Shown in pieces: positions 63,340-64,000 of a DNA stretch of 64,000 nt. The stretch comes from Azolla caroliniana. Lineage: Eukaryota; Plantae; Polypodiophyta. The notes under the pieces were generated by a model. That model did no database searches. It was given only the letters and a program-made list of their open reading frames with translations, and was not told the origin of the DNA. Every line of letters begins with the position of its first letter. Position 1 is the stretch's first letter. The position numbers and the translations under genes were made by a program. Location: contig JBHGNT010000011.1 of assembly GCA_043228905.1 (NCBI GenBank), positions 248,001 through 312,000 on the forward strand. Reading direction: 5' to 3'.

Positions 63340-63894
63340 TGTTGAGAAATTGTTGCGGAATAAATCACAAAAGTCAAATACGAATCACAAATCTGCCACA
63401 CAAGACACAATAAACAGTCATACACAGAGATTTACGTGGAAACCCTAAAACGGGGAAAACCATGGGTGAACAATTCTTCACTATCTGAATAGTGGATATA
63501 CAAAACAGAATATTACAACACTCTCTCTGAGTGTATCAGCCGCACAAGGCTCTTCACGTCTGCTGTTATACACACAACTATGGCACGGCTTTCACTTCAC
63601 TCTCTCTCTTTGCACACTAACGCGTAACTCTACTTCTGTTCAACTACTGTTCTACATGACTTAAAGTTTTTGCCCTAGTTGCATATATACTTACACAACC
63701 TTCTGGCTATTTACATACGTAGCCCTCATGAGGCGTACACTTAGACTATTTACAAATATAGCCTTTCGAGTTGGCTATTTACACAATTTCGGTTTCAGCA
63801 TTGGTCAGTCCTTCATCAACTCGGTTCTTGTCTTCGACTGTCAGCTTTCTGAACAGTCGGATCTTCTTCCCACTGGACGGACAAATTCCCAACA
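63340..63894 (-). mobile_element. Solo LTR (555 bp) in reverse orientation inside gag, TSD AGTGA
   Basis: TGTTG..CAACA ends; AGTGA at 63335-63339 and 63895-63899. Gag resumes in frame (HVAS-DTNSFELWHKL). Confidence 0.93.
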
Positions 63895-64000
63895 AGTGAT
63901 ACCAATTCCTTTGAGCTATGGCATAAACTCTCTGCCCTCTATGAAAGGAAAAATGCCTTAAATAAAACTTTCTTGATGAGGAAGATAGTGAGCTTGAAGT

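Larger units (their letters stand above)
56496..64000 (+). mobile_element. Copia element whose 5' LTR (56496-63077) is split by a younger element and a plastid fragment; PBS-Met ~63081; gag from 63104 runs off the window
   Basis: The LTR pieces align with the LTR at 3746-4516; TGGTATCAGAGC follows. Gag MEGGMSGFSGMIVLNSQNY is nearly the same as the gag at 43860-43611. Confidence 0.85.

Overview
This is eukaryotic nuclear DNA from a large, transposon-rich land-plant genome. A fern or other non-seed plant is most likely, inferred from the microbial-type terpene synthase and from a plastid ndhB fragment that looks pre-edited. Most of the window is nested LTR retrotransposons (many Ty1/copia, one Ty3/gypsy), plus a hAT deletion derivative and a LINE remnant. 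Three host genes are present and none is intact here. (1) A saccharopine-dehydrogenase-like oxidoreductase (7354-12903, +) is split in exon 1 by a very young 3.5-kb LTR element. That element has identical-looking LTRs, a 4-bp TSD, a tRNA-Trp primer site and one Gag-like ORF with no pol. (2) A LESV starch gene (48686-45998, -) has no last exon in the window. (3) An intronless microbial terpene synthase-like (MTPSL) gene (56283-54353, -) is split by a solo LTR. Other oddities are a ~355-bp fold-back of copia RT sequence, a plastid ndhB fragment inside an LTR, and three-level nesting of elements. All calls come from reading motifs and repeats by eye; no database searches were run.
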